Under the pieces are notes generated by a model. That model saw nothing but the letters and a program-made list of their open reading frames with translations. It made no database searches and had not been told where the DNA came from. From NCBI GenBank assembly GCA_007376145.1, contig VMFP01000003.1, positions 92,741 to 156,740 on the forward strand: DNA of 64,000 nt, read 5' to 3'. Of the stretch, positions 27,241 through 35,528 are shown piece after piece. This DNA comes from Parcubacteria group bacterium Gr01-1014_38 (GTDB lineage Bacteria > Patescibacteriota > Andersenbacteria > UBA10190 > CAIZMI01). Position 1 is the first letter of the stretch. Every line of letters begins with the position of its first letter. The position numbers and the translations under genes are program-made.

Positions 27241-28263
27241 GTGCCCTTAAGCTTGAAGGACGTATCGCAGGTCCAGCGTGCGCTCGTACGCTGGTTCCGG
27301 CAGTACCAGCGGGATCTCCCCTGGCGTCGCACCAAGGATCCGTACCGCATCCTCGTGTCCGAAATCATGCTCCAGCAGACGCAGGTGGACCGAGTGATTC
27401 CGAAGTACCGCGCGTTCCTCCGCCGTTTCCCCATCGTCCAGGCGCTTGCACGCGCCACGCCGCGTGACATCCTCCTGGCGTGGGCCGGCATGGGCTACAA
27501 CCGGCGCGCACTGTACTTGCGCAGGGCGGCACAGGAAATTGTCGCGCAGTATGGAGGCACCGTCCCGACGGACCCGGCGCTCCTGCAGACCCTCCCCGGC
27601 GTCGGCGCCTACACCGCTGCGGCGGTTGCGACCTTCGCCACCGGCATTCCCCGTGCGCTGGCCGATACGAATGTGCGTCGGGTGATCGGGCGAATCTTCC
27701 TCGGGGCGCCGCACGGGAAGTGGCGTGAGTCCCGCCTCCGTCAGATGGTGGAGCGCGCCACGCCGCGCCAGCCGGTGTCTGGCGTGCACCCGTCCCTCTG
27801 GGGACATGCCCTCATGGACTTTGGTGCGCTCGTCTGCAAGGCCACGCCCCGCTGCGCGGTCTGTCCCGTCCGACAGTGGTGCAAAGCGTATCCGCAGATT
27901 CAACGTGACAACGCACAAAAACGTCTTCGGCGAGCGAATCGCGGGTCTCGCGGGTTCCTGCGATTCGCGAGCACCATGAGCGGGAGGGGGGAGCATGGGA
28001 GGGGGAACCGAAGCGGTTCCCACCCCAGAATTCCCGACCGCATCTACCGGGGGCGGATTCTCCAAGCGCTCCGCGAACGGGATCCTGCGCCCGTGTCCCT
28101 TTTGGAGCTCGCGGTGCTTCTGTGCGAGGTTTCTCGGCCGCGCCTCCATCGTCTGGTTCGCGGACTTGCCGCCGAGGGCCTGTTGACGCTTTCCAGCGGC
28201 CAGCACGCCCAGTTGCCGCGCGGGGAAACGGTTCAGGGTTCTGCCCGACGGGAGGGGGCTTGA
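27241..28263 (+). CDS. mutY: HhH-GPD DNA glycosylase with 4Fe-4S cluster (MutY-like adenine glycosylase)
   Basis: N-terminal MutY-like (WFRQYQRDLPWRRTKDPYRILVSEIMLQQTQVDRVIPKYRAFL), HhH (LLQTLPGVGAYTAAAVATFA), FeS loop CKATPRCAVCPVRQWC; non-canonical C-terminal domain. Confidence 0.7.
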   Translation: MPLSLKDVSQVQRALVRWFRQYQRDLPWRRTKDPYRILVSEIMLQQTQVDRVIPKYRAFLRRFPIVQALARATPRDILLAWAGMGYNRRALYLRRAAQEIVAQYGGTVPTDPALLQTLPGVGAYTAAAVATFATGIPRALADTNVRRVIGRIFLGAPHGKWRESRLRQMVERATPRQPVSGVHPSLWGHALMDFGALVCKATPRCAVCPVRQWCKAYPQIQRDNAQKRLRRANRGSRGFLRFASTMSGRGEHGRGNRSGSHPRIPDRIYRGRILQALRERDPAPVSLLELAVLLCEVSRPRLHRLVRGLAAEGLLTLSSGQHAQLPRGETVQGSARREGA

Positions 28264-28308
28264 CAGGTCCGTTTCTTCCGTCTCCTTGGTTCCGTACACT
28301 GTTGGTAT

Positions 28309-28983
28309 ATGCGTATGTGGCATTGGACCTCCGCGCTCGTTGTTGTGGCGGCACTCGCTGTCCCGCTGCCCGGGTTGGCGCTCTACCACCAAGTAACCGC
28401 GCCGGGACGTTCGGAGCTTGCGCCTGGGCAGGCGCGGCGTGCGCAGGTCACCCAGGAAAGCCCAAGTCCCAGTCCCACAGCGACCTTGGAAGTCCGCCCA
28501 CGTGGGCTGCTCCGGCAGGCCAAACACGCCGAGCGCCTCGACCGGGTGCTCGGTCATATCCGCGGCATGACGAACAAGCTCACGAACCTCTCGAGCCGTC
28601 TCGACAAGCACCTGGCGAACGTCGAGCGCCGCATTGCCGCACTCCGCGCCGCCGGGCACGACATTACCGTGGAGGAAGAACTCAACGCGGCGCGCACGGC
28701 GGTTCGCGCACTTCAGGACAAGATCGCTTCCGCGGTGCGTGAACTCGATGCGCTGGCCGATAGCGATCGGCCGCGCACGGCCATGCCCACGGTCCGACGT
28801 CTGGTTCGTGAAATTCGTGCCGACCTCCGCACGGTGCAGGCCGCCTTCCAGAAGTTGCGGCTGGCGATCCGCGCCGATGTTCGGGCGAATCCGTCGCCGT
28901 CGCCCACTGCGGGCGCACCGTCTCCAAGTCCCTCACCCGTCGACACTCCCGTGACGAGTCCTTCACCTACACCTACGCCATGA
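28309..28983 (+). CDS. Secreted coiled-coil protein with Pro/Ser-rich tail
   Basis: Signal peptide (WTSALVVVAALAVPLPGLALY), helical heptad region, SPSPSPT tail; hypothetical. Confidence 0.5.
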   Translation: MRMWHWTSALVVVAALAVPLPGLALYHQVTAPGRSELAPGQARRAQVTQESPSPSPTATLEVRPRGLLRQAKHAERLDRVLGHIRGMTNKLTNLSSRLDKHLANVERRIAALRAAGHDITVEEELNAARTAVRALQDKIASAVRELDALADSDRPRTAMPTVRRLVREIRADLRTVQAAFQKLRLAIRADVRANPSPSPTAGAPSPSPSPVDTPVTSPSPTPTP

Positions 28984-29273
28984 GCAAAGCCCTCACCTGG
29001 ATCCTCATCGCACTCCTCGTCATCATCGTGCTGATTATCTTCGCCGCCCTTCCGGTGCGGAGGTCCGCGGAGGGGACGCCGAGCCCCACCGTTCCTGGGT
29101 TCGCGACGCCCTTCCCGACGGTGATCCCGACACCTGCGCCTACGCCCGAAGTGCTGACTTCCCAGCAGGAACGACTGGCTGATCTCGAAGCAGCGGAATC
29201 CACCGAGCTGGCGCTCGAGCAGGACGTCGACAGCGACTTCAATAAACTCGACAGCGAACTGCGCGGCCTGTAA
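28980..29273 (+). CDS. Small membrane-anchored protein with Pro-rich linker and acidic helical tail
   Basis: ATGA overlap with upstream gene; TM helix WILIALLVIIVLIIFAAL; hypothetical. Confidence 0.45.
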   Translation: MSKALTWILIALLVIIVLIIFAALPVRRSAEGTPSPTVPGFATPFPTVIPTPAPTPEVLTSQQERLADLEAAESTELALEQDVDSDFNKLDSELRGL

Positions 29274-29306
29274 GCAACTGGGCTGGGCAGAGCGAGTAAC
29301 ACTCCG

Positions 29307-29343
29307 TATACCCCGTTAGAAGCATGGCTTCTAACGGGGTATA
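29307..29343. repeat. Palindromic element copy 1 (17-bp stem, loop ATG; core CCCCGTTAGAAGC/GCTTCTAACGGGG), intergenic
   Basis: Perfect inverted repeat TATACCCCGTTAGAAGC-ATG-GCTTCTAACGGGGTATA about 34 nt after the stop of 28980..29273; same 13-bp core recurs at 30921..30949. Confidence 0.8.
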
Positions 29344-29375
29344 GTCGGAAGGAATCTTCTGCTCGTACAGTGGCC

Positions 29376-30011
29376 ATGCCTCCCGCTGATAATCTCCTGT
29401 CGCGCCTGACGTGGCTGAAGCACGCGAGTTTTCTCTATGACGGAAGTGTTCGGATTGCCTTTGATCCCTGGCAGGTACTCCTCGATCGCCCCGTCGACCT
29501 CGTGCTTGTCACGCACGGACATTATGATCACTGTGATCCCGAAACTGTCAGCCGCATCACCGCGGAGAGCAGCGTGGTGGTCGCCGCGGGCGCCTGCGCC
29601 GATCAGCTCGTTGGCGACGTGCGTCCGATCCGCCCTGGGGAAGTCGTGAAGGTTGGCGATGTCGTGATTACGGCGACTGACGCCTACAACCTCCAGAAGA
29701 AATTCCACCCCCGCGGGGAAGGGGCAGGGTTCCTCGTGGCAGTGGACGGCGGCACGATCTTCCACGCGGGTGATACGGATGACATCCCCGAAACCCACGG
29801 ATTGAAACCGGACCTGGCACTGCTTCCGGTGGGCGGAACGTACACCATGGATGTTCCCGAAGCGGTGCGCGCGGCTGCGGCCATCGGCGCGGGCATCACC
29901 GTCCCGATGCACTATGGTTTCATCGTCGGCTCAAAGGGAGACGGGGAGCGTTTCGCGAAGGAAGCCAGCGGATCGACGAAAGTCCTCACGCCGGTCGAGC
30001 CGTTCCCGTGA
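29376..30011 (+). CDS. MBL-fold metallo-hydrolase
   Basis: HxHxDH motif (LVTHGHYDHCD), downstream His/Asp ligands (FHAGDTDD, PMHYG). Confidence 0.75.
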   Translation: MPPADNLLSRLTWLKHASFLYDGSVRIAFDPWQVLLDRPVDLVLVTHGHYDHCDPETVSRITAESSVVVAAGACADQLVGDVRPIRPGEVVKVGDVVITATDAYNLQKKFHPRGEGAGFLVAVDGGTIFHAGDTDDIPETHGLKPDLALLPVGGTYTMDVPEAVRAAAAIGAGITVPMHYGFIVGSKGDGERFAKEASGSTKVLTPVEPFP

Positions 30012-30120
30012 ACGGAAAACGCATCCGTCCGAGGCGAGCGCGAGAAGCCGTCTGCGTTCGCTCGCGCATCAGGGAGGCATCGGGAAAATCACCCGAAGCC
30101 CTGGGCTTCGGGTGATACCG

Positions 30121-30582
30121 TCATGACGAAGCAGGCTGCAGATGCTGGATTTTCCCCAACAGCGCCATCAGTGTCTCACGTTCCGCTGGTGCGAGATCGC
30201 TCAAGAGACGATGACAGGCTTTTCGCAGAGAGCGATCCACGCGTTCCATGAGCTCTCTCCCCTGCGGGGTCAGTCTCACTCCGATCCGGCGACGATCCAC
30301 TCGTGTGAGCGCTCGCTCGATGAGCAATCGTGTTTCCAGATACGCGAGGATCCGGCTCGCTGCTGGGGGTTTGATCCTGAGCTGTGTTTTGATCGTTTGC
30401 ACGCTCACCAGCTCCGGGTCGGTTTCCTGAGCCGCACGTAACACGTAGTGGTGATGAGGACGGAGCTTATACTCCGTGAGTACCTCGGCATGGATGCTCG
30501 TCAAGATCCGCTGCTGGGCGCCCCACGCCCGCCAGAAGATGCGGACGGACAGTTCCTCTGCCGCAACACGCCCCGATTCCAT
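30121..30582 (-). CDS. MarR family transcriptional regulator
   Basis: Winged-helix MarR core (LTEYKLRPHHHYVLRAAQETDPELVSVQTIKTQLRIKPPAASRILAYLETRLLIERALTRVDRRRIGVRLTPQG). Confidence 0.85.
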   Translation of the reverse strand: MESGRVAAEELSVRIFWRAWGAQQRILTSIHAEVLTEYKLRPHHHYVLRAAQETDPELVSVQTIKTQLRIKPPAASRILAYLETRLLIERALTRVDRRRIGVRLTPQGRELMERVDRSLRKACHRLLSDLAPAERETLMALLGKIQHLQPASS

Positions 30583-30810
30583 AGCAGGTCCTCCTCATAG
30601 AAAGGATCAGTCCTGTTGTTTTAGTTCCGGAAGCCCACCGTAGTGCAACCATACTCCACACTCCGCAGTTCAACCAGGGACCAAGAGACCTTGGGGGGGG
30701 GCCGTCTCCGGATTTTCACAGAGTCAGGCGCGCTCCGTGCGCCGTGCTGTCGCTCTGGACCGCGAGGTGTTGCGCACTGAGCGGCAGGGACGTAGGCTAA
30801 AAGGTTACCG

Positions 30811-32328
30811 ATGTCTGTGCCCCTCTCTGTGCGTCCAGTACGTCGCGGTCTTCCAGCAGCCGAAGTCATTACCGTATTTTCCGACGGGAAGACGTTCTCG
30901 CTTCCGGAAGCGGCGGCCCGCCCCGTTAGAAGCCGGGCTTCTAACGGGGCCCGCGTCGCCCGCGAACACCTCCAGCGGGCGGCGTTCAAGGGCGAGGCGC
31001 ACGAAACGCACGCGCTCCCGCTGCCCGGACGGACGGCCCGAACGCTCTTTATTGTTGGAACCGGCAAGGCCCTGACGCTCGACGTGATCCGCCGGGGCGT
31101 TGCCGCTGCCGTCCAGCACGCAAAGGCGGAAGGGCTGCGAACGGTCTCCATCATTGCGCCATTCGCGGCTGTGTTTGGCTCCGAGCTCGGTCGAGCATTT
31201 GCCGAAGGCGCCTTGCTCGCCAACTACCGCTTTACTGCGTACTCCGCCGAGACTGCGAAGCGGGAAAAGCGCCTGGCATTGCAGCGCGTCGAACTGCTAG
31301 TGCCGCCGCAAGAACGGAAGGCCGTCGAAGAAGGCGTGCAGCGCGGGACGATTGACGCCAGCGCGACAATGCTCGCGCGCGATCTCGTGAACGAGCCGGC
31401 TTCGCGCATGACGCCGCAGTCTCTCGTTGAAGAGGCGCAGAAGATCGCGAAAGCCTCACGAGGCGCGATCGAGCTGACCATCTTGGACCGCGCGCAGTGC
31501 GCCGAGCGCGGCATGGGCGCGTTCCTTGCAGTGGCACAAGGCTCAACCGCCGAACCGGCATTTCTCCACGTGGTCTATCGGCCGGCGCCAAAGCTTCCCA
31601 TCGTCGCGCTCGTCGGGAAGGGCATCACCTTCGATTCCGGCGGCTTGAGCTTAAAGCCCGCGGACGGCATGGAAACCATGAAGATCGACATGGCGGGGGC
31701 GGCCTCGGTTCTCGGCGTGTTCTCCGCGCTGCCGAAGCTGAAGTTTCCGATCGAAGTCCACGGCTTCATTGCCGCGTGCGAAAATATGCCGTCGGGATCT
31801 GCCGTAAAGCCGGGGGATATTGTCCGCACCGCATCCGGCAAAACCGTGGAGATTCTGAATACGGACGCGGAGGGACGCCTCACGCTCGCCGACGCCATAG
31901 CCGAAGCGCGCAAGGTTCGCCCGCAGGTCATTCTGGACCTGGCGACACTCACCGGCGCTTGCGTCGTTGCGCTTGGTGAAGAAGTCACCGGTCTCTTTAG
32001 CAATGACGAAGCGACCGCCGGAAAAGTGTTGCGGGCGGCGGAATCCGCGGGCGAGTACGTTTGGCGTCTTCCCTTGATTCCGGAATACCGCTCCAATCTC
32101 AAAAGCTCGGTCGCCGACATGAAAAACATCACGGGCAAGCGGTGGGGTGGAGCCATTACCGCCGCGCTCTTCCTCAAGGAATTTATCGGCAACACGCCGT
32201 GGGCGCACCTCGACATCGCGGGGCCCAGTTACGCCGAGAAGCAAACGCACCCCGCTATCCCCGTCGGCGGCACCGGCGTCGGCGTCCGCACCGTCCTCCG
32301 CTACCTCGAATCGCTGCCCACAAGATAG
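30811..32328 (+). CDS. pepA: Leucyl aminopeptidase (M17, PepA)
   Basis: M17 catalytic domain motifs (NLVNEPASRMTP, VGKGITFDSGGLSLKP, NTDAEGRLTLADAI, MKIDMAGAASV) with N-terminal domain; contains an in-frame palindromic insert at 30920..30950. Confidence 0.85.
   Translation: MSVPLSVRPVRRGLPAAEVITVFSDGKTFSLPEAAARPVRSRASNGARVAREHLQRAAFKGEAHETHALPLPGRTARTLFIVGTGKALTLDVIRRGVAAAVQHAKAEGLRTVSIIAPFAAVFGSELGRAFAEGALLANYRFTAYSAETAKREKRLALQRVELLVPPQERKAVEEGVQRGTIDASATMLARDLVNEPASRMTPQSLVEEAQKIAKASRGAIELTILDRAQCAERGMGAFLAVAQGSTAEPAFLHVVYRPAPKLPIVALVGKGITFDSGGLSLKPADGMETMKIDMAGAASVLGVFSALPKLKFPIEVHGFIAACENMPSGSAVKPGDIVRTASGKTVEILNTDAEGRLTLADAIAEARKVRPQVILDLATLTGACVVALGEEVTGLFSNDEATAGKVLRAAESAGEYVWRLPLIPEYRSNLKSSVADMKNITGKRWGGAITAALFLKEFIGNTPWAHLDIAGPSYAEKQTHPAIPVGGTGVGVRTVLRYLESLPTR
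30920..30950. repeat. Palindromic element copy 2 (14-bp stem, loop CGG; same 13-bp core), in frame within pepA N-terminal domain
   Basis: GCCCCGTTAGAAGC-CGG-GCTTCTAACGGGGC; translated in frame as RPVRSRASNGA within the PepA N-domain. Confidence 0.8.
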
Positions 32329-32376
32329 TTTTGAGTCCGATACGGGGACGATCTGCAGTTGATTCGGTACACTCCT

Positions 32377-33699
32377 ATGAACCAAGAAGGGAACGAGCAA
32401 GGAAACAAAGCTCAGCAATCTGGTACTGACGAGCTTCGCCGACAAATAACAGAAGCGGAATCGTCTTTGAGTGACATCAAAAACAAAATAGAGGAAATTC
32501 AGAAGTATTATCAGCAATTTCAGGAGCTCAAAAGCAAAATTGACGATGGGACCGTTGGCCTGAATGCCGTTTTTAAGTTTTCTCAAGACAAGAAAACCGA
32601 GCTTGAGCAGCTTTCGGCAACTGCCAACGAGAAGTTAGCAGCTATTACCCAAGCACTTGAGCGCGTTCAACAACATACTGACGAAATCAATAGAGCATAC
32701 GAAGCGTTTCAAGCAAGCCGAGACAAAGTGAATGATCCAGGAAGTGGGTTACAAGCGGTTTTGGGACAAGCTCAAAACCTTCGTGATAATGTTGCAGAAT
32801 TTAAAGCAAAGGCGGAGCAAGTATTTGAGCAAATCCAAACACAATTAAACCAAGTTCGAGACAGCACTTCCAGGATGGAAGAAGCGTATAGACAGTTTGA
32901 AGTTACTAAACAACAAATTGATGATCCAAATAGCGGTTTAGGGGCGTTACTGCAGACAGCTTCTGATTTAAGAGCCAAGATTCAGGAGGCGCAGAAATCC
33001 GCTAGTAATACGCTCGTGGAGATACAAACACTTCATGAGAACGCGAAACAAGTACTTGGCTCTACCACGGATATTAGGAATAGGATGGATGTGCTGGAAA
33101 AAGAGAGCGTGAGCTTGAAAGAAAGCATCGCCCAGATATTATCTTTGGTAACCGATAGCAGTTTAGACGATGCCTTTAAAAGGCGTAGTCAAGCGGTTCG
33201 CGATGAAACAAAGGAGTGGCGCAGGCGCCTTGAGTGGAGCATTGGACTTTTAGTTTTTGCGATAATTTTAATATACATTCTGCAATCACTGGCACCGAAC
33301 GGTTGGCAGAATTGGAAACATTGGTATCGCTATTTGTTTACCTCGCCACTTATTTTTGCTGTCATTTTCTACACAAGGCAATATACGCTTACTCGTTCTT
33401 ACGCCGAGAAATACGCTTTTAAGTCAGTTGTGGCCACAACATTGACTTCTTATGTGAAGCTTTTAAACGATAGGTTCCCGGAGCGAAAGGATGAGTTACT
33501 GGACTTTACACTAAAGACAACAGATTTGATTTACGAGCGTCCGTTTGTCGAGAAAGACACACGGCGCAAAGCACATCTATCGCTCTTCAATATTTTCCGG
33601 GGCAAGTTGGAGCTTGACGAGAAGACGACAGCAAAGATTGCCAGCAGGATAGGCCATAAGAAACCAGAGTTGGAAGCGAGCGGAGACACTCAGGAATAA
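32377..33699 (+). CDS. Repeat-containing coiled-coil protein with C-terminal 2-TM module (AT-rich island)
   Basis: Three about 55-aa helical repeats sharing [YF]xxF...D[DP]xSGLxA[LV]; two TM helices (IGLLVFAIILIYILQSLAP, YLFTSPLIFAVIFYTRQY) then about 110-aa tail; GC much lower than flanks; ATG 32377 preferred over TTG 32359. Confidence 0.6.
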   Translation: MNQEGNEQGNKAQQSGTDELRRQITEAESSLSDIKNKIEEIQKYYQQFQELKSKIDDGTVGLNAVFKFSQDKKTELEQLSATANEKLAAITQALERVQQHTDEINRAYEAFQASRDKVNDPGSGLQAVLGQAQNLRDNVAEFKAKAEQVFEQIQTQLNQVRDSTSRMEEAYRQFEVTKQQIDDPNSGLGALLQTASDLRAKIQEAQKSASNTLVEIQTLHENAKQVLGSTTDIRNRMDVLEKESVSLKESIAQILSLVTDSSLDDAFKRRSQAVRDETKEWRRRLEWSIGLLVFAIILIYILQSLAPNGWQNWKHWYRYLFTSPLIFAVIFYTRQYTLTRSYAEKYAFKSVVATTLTSYVKLLNDRFPERKDELLDFTLKTTDLIYERPFVEKDTRRKAHLSLFNIFRGKLELDEKTTAKIASRIGHKKPELEASGDTQE

Positions 33700-33843
33700 T
33701 CCCCTTAGGTAGTTTCCCATACTACGTTCGGCGATGGCGATGCTTCTCTTCGGAAAGTTCGTACGGAGCTCAATTGGGGGTTGTTTTAGACGGTCACAGC
33801 GGCTATCCTAAACTTGTTCTGTGAATGAAAAATAGACTGCCAA

Positions 33844-34647
33844 ATGGTTATAGCAGTTAAGCAAAGAATAAAGTCCAGAATCGCAAACGAAGCGGAAACG
33901 CGTAGGTTTCCGGGGGACTTTGTTAATAAAATTGTCTGTGGTGACGTCCTCGAGATTATGAAAAAAATCCCGAATGGAGCTGTAGATTTGATTGTGACTT
34001 CTCCCCCATACAACATTAAGAACTCAACAGGTAATGGTCTAAAGGACGGGCGTGGCGGAAAATGGGCGAACGCAAGTTTGCAAAAGGGATATGCGAACTA
34101 TGACGACTGTATGCCGCACGAAGAATATGTGAAGTGGCAAAGAGAATGCATAACCGAAATGTTACGTATTATCCCGGAAGACGGTGCAATTTTCTACAAC
34201 CACAAATGGCGTGTACAAGGCGGCTTATTGCAGGATCGTGAAGATATTGTTGGTGGCTTTCCTATTCGCCAGATTATTATCTGGAAGCGTAAAGGTGGAT
34301 TCAATTTCAATCCCGGCTATTTCTTGCCGACGTACGAGGTTATCTATCTGATTGCGAAACCGAAGTTCAAGCTTACGCCAAAAGCGAATGCTCACGGTGA
34401 TGTGTGGGAATTTACACAGGAGATGAACAATGATCATCCGGCTGCATTTCCATTGAATCTGATAGATCGAATCATTTCTTCAACAAGCGCAAAGATCGTT
34501 CTTGATCCATTCATGGGTTCTGGCACAACAGCAATTTCTGCTCTTAATTTTGACAGAGATTACATCGGAATTGATATTTCGCCTGAATATTGCGAGATAG
34601 CACGAAAAAGAATTGAGAACTACCGGTCCCAAAGTAGGTTCCTCTAA
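33844..34647 (+). CDS. Type II DNA methyltransferase, beta-class, likely N4-cytosine (SPPY motif IV, DPFMGSGTT motif I)
   Basis: Motif IV IVTSPPYNI precedes motif I VLDPFMGSGTTAISA (beta-class order); SPPY favours m4C specificity; directly upstream of the REase gene. Confidence 0.85.
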   Translation: MVIAVKQRIKSRIANEAETRRFPGDFVNKIVCGDVLEIMKKIPNGAVDLIVTSPPYNIKNSTGNGLKDGRGGKWANASLQKGYANYDDCMPHEEYVKWQRECITEMLRIIPEDGAIFYNHKWRVQGGLLQDREDIVGGFPIRQIIIWKRKGGFNFNPGYFLPTYEVIYLIAKPKFKLTPKANAHGDVWEFTQEMNNDHPAAFPLNLIDRIISSTSAKIVLDPFMGSGTTAISALNFDRDYIGIDISPEYCEIARKRIENYRSQSRFL

Positions 34648-34650
34648 CCA

Positions 34651-35448
34651 ATGCCAAAACAGCCAATTGTTTATACCAAGCAGGCATTGGTAGAAAAACT
34701 TAAGGAAATTGCTGCTGCAGACTGGATTCCAAATGCGCGGCGAGGGAATCAAGGAGGCGTTGGAAATACGCTTGAGGATTTGCTTGGACTTGAAGAGAAC
34801 AATTTACCATTGCCGAATGCTGGAGAATGGGAATTGAAAGTACAAAGGCTAAATTCAACTGCTCTTTGTACGCTCTTTCATATTGAACCTTCGCCTCGCG
34901 CTATTCGTTTTGTGCCACAAGTTCTTTTACCGAAATATGGCTGGGCGCACGGGGAGGACGGTAAGAGGTATGCAAAGGGCGAGATGAGCTTCAGACAAAC
35001 TATCCACGGTCTTGCTCGAAGCGATCGAGGGTTCATGGTGAAAATTGACCGCGAGGAAAGGAAAGTCTTGATTTCATTTGATGCCAAAAGCGTGGATGTA
35101 CGGCATAAAGACTGGCTTGGGTCTGTACAAAAGCGCGCTGGTCTTGGGGAACTCAACCCGCAACCATATTGGGGCTTTGATGATTTAGAACATAAAGCCG
35201 GAACAAAATTATCCAATGCTTTTTATGTTCAAGCTGAGGTTAAAACTGTACGAGGAAAGGAACACTACAAATACAGCAAAGTTATGATGCTTCAGAAGTT
35301 TAGTTTTAGGGGATTTTTAGAGGCGATTGAGGAAGCCAAAATTCTTGTGGATTTTGATGCACGCACAGGGCATAACCATGGAACAAAATTCAGAATGCGG
35401 CAGGACTGCTTGCCGATGTTATACGAAAGAAAAACTGTAGTTCTCTAA
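34651..35448 (+). CDS. Type II restriction endonuclease, MvaI/BcnI family (CCWGG/CCSGG-type monomeric REase)
   Basis: Recalled resemblance to BcnI/MvaI (GNTLEDLLGLEENNLPLPNAGEWELKV...TLFHIEP; C-terminal LVDFDARTGHNHGTKFRM); 3 nt downstream of the MTase gene; AT-rich. Confidence 0.65.
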   Translation: MPKQPIVYTKQALVEKLKEIAAADWIPNARRGNQGGVGNTLEDLLGLEENNLPLPNAGEWELKVQRLNSTALCTLFHIEPSPRAIRFVPQVLLPKYGWAHGEDGKRYAKGEMSFRQTIHGLARSDRGFMVKIDREERKVLISFDAKSVDVRHKDWLGSVQKRAGLGELNPQPYWGFDDLEHKAGTKLSNAFYVQAEVKTVRGKEHYKYSKVMMLQKFSFRGFLEAIEEAKILVDFDARTGHNHGTKFRMRQDCLPMLYERKTVVL

Positions 35449-35528
35449 TCTTTGACCAAGGCGGAGAGCAAAGTCGAAGAAAAAAATAGGAAGCCCGGGA
35501 CGGATGGTTTTGGACGAGGTCTTTTGTT

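Noticed and set aside
27247-28659. 470-aa antisense ORF across the MutY-like gene and the next gene
   Set aside because: HhH-GPD and FeS motifs are on the plus strand; antisense is Arg/Gly/Pro-rich.
31651-32586. 311-aa antisense ORF within pepA
   Set aside because: M17 peptidase motifs clearly on the plus strand.
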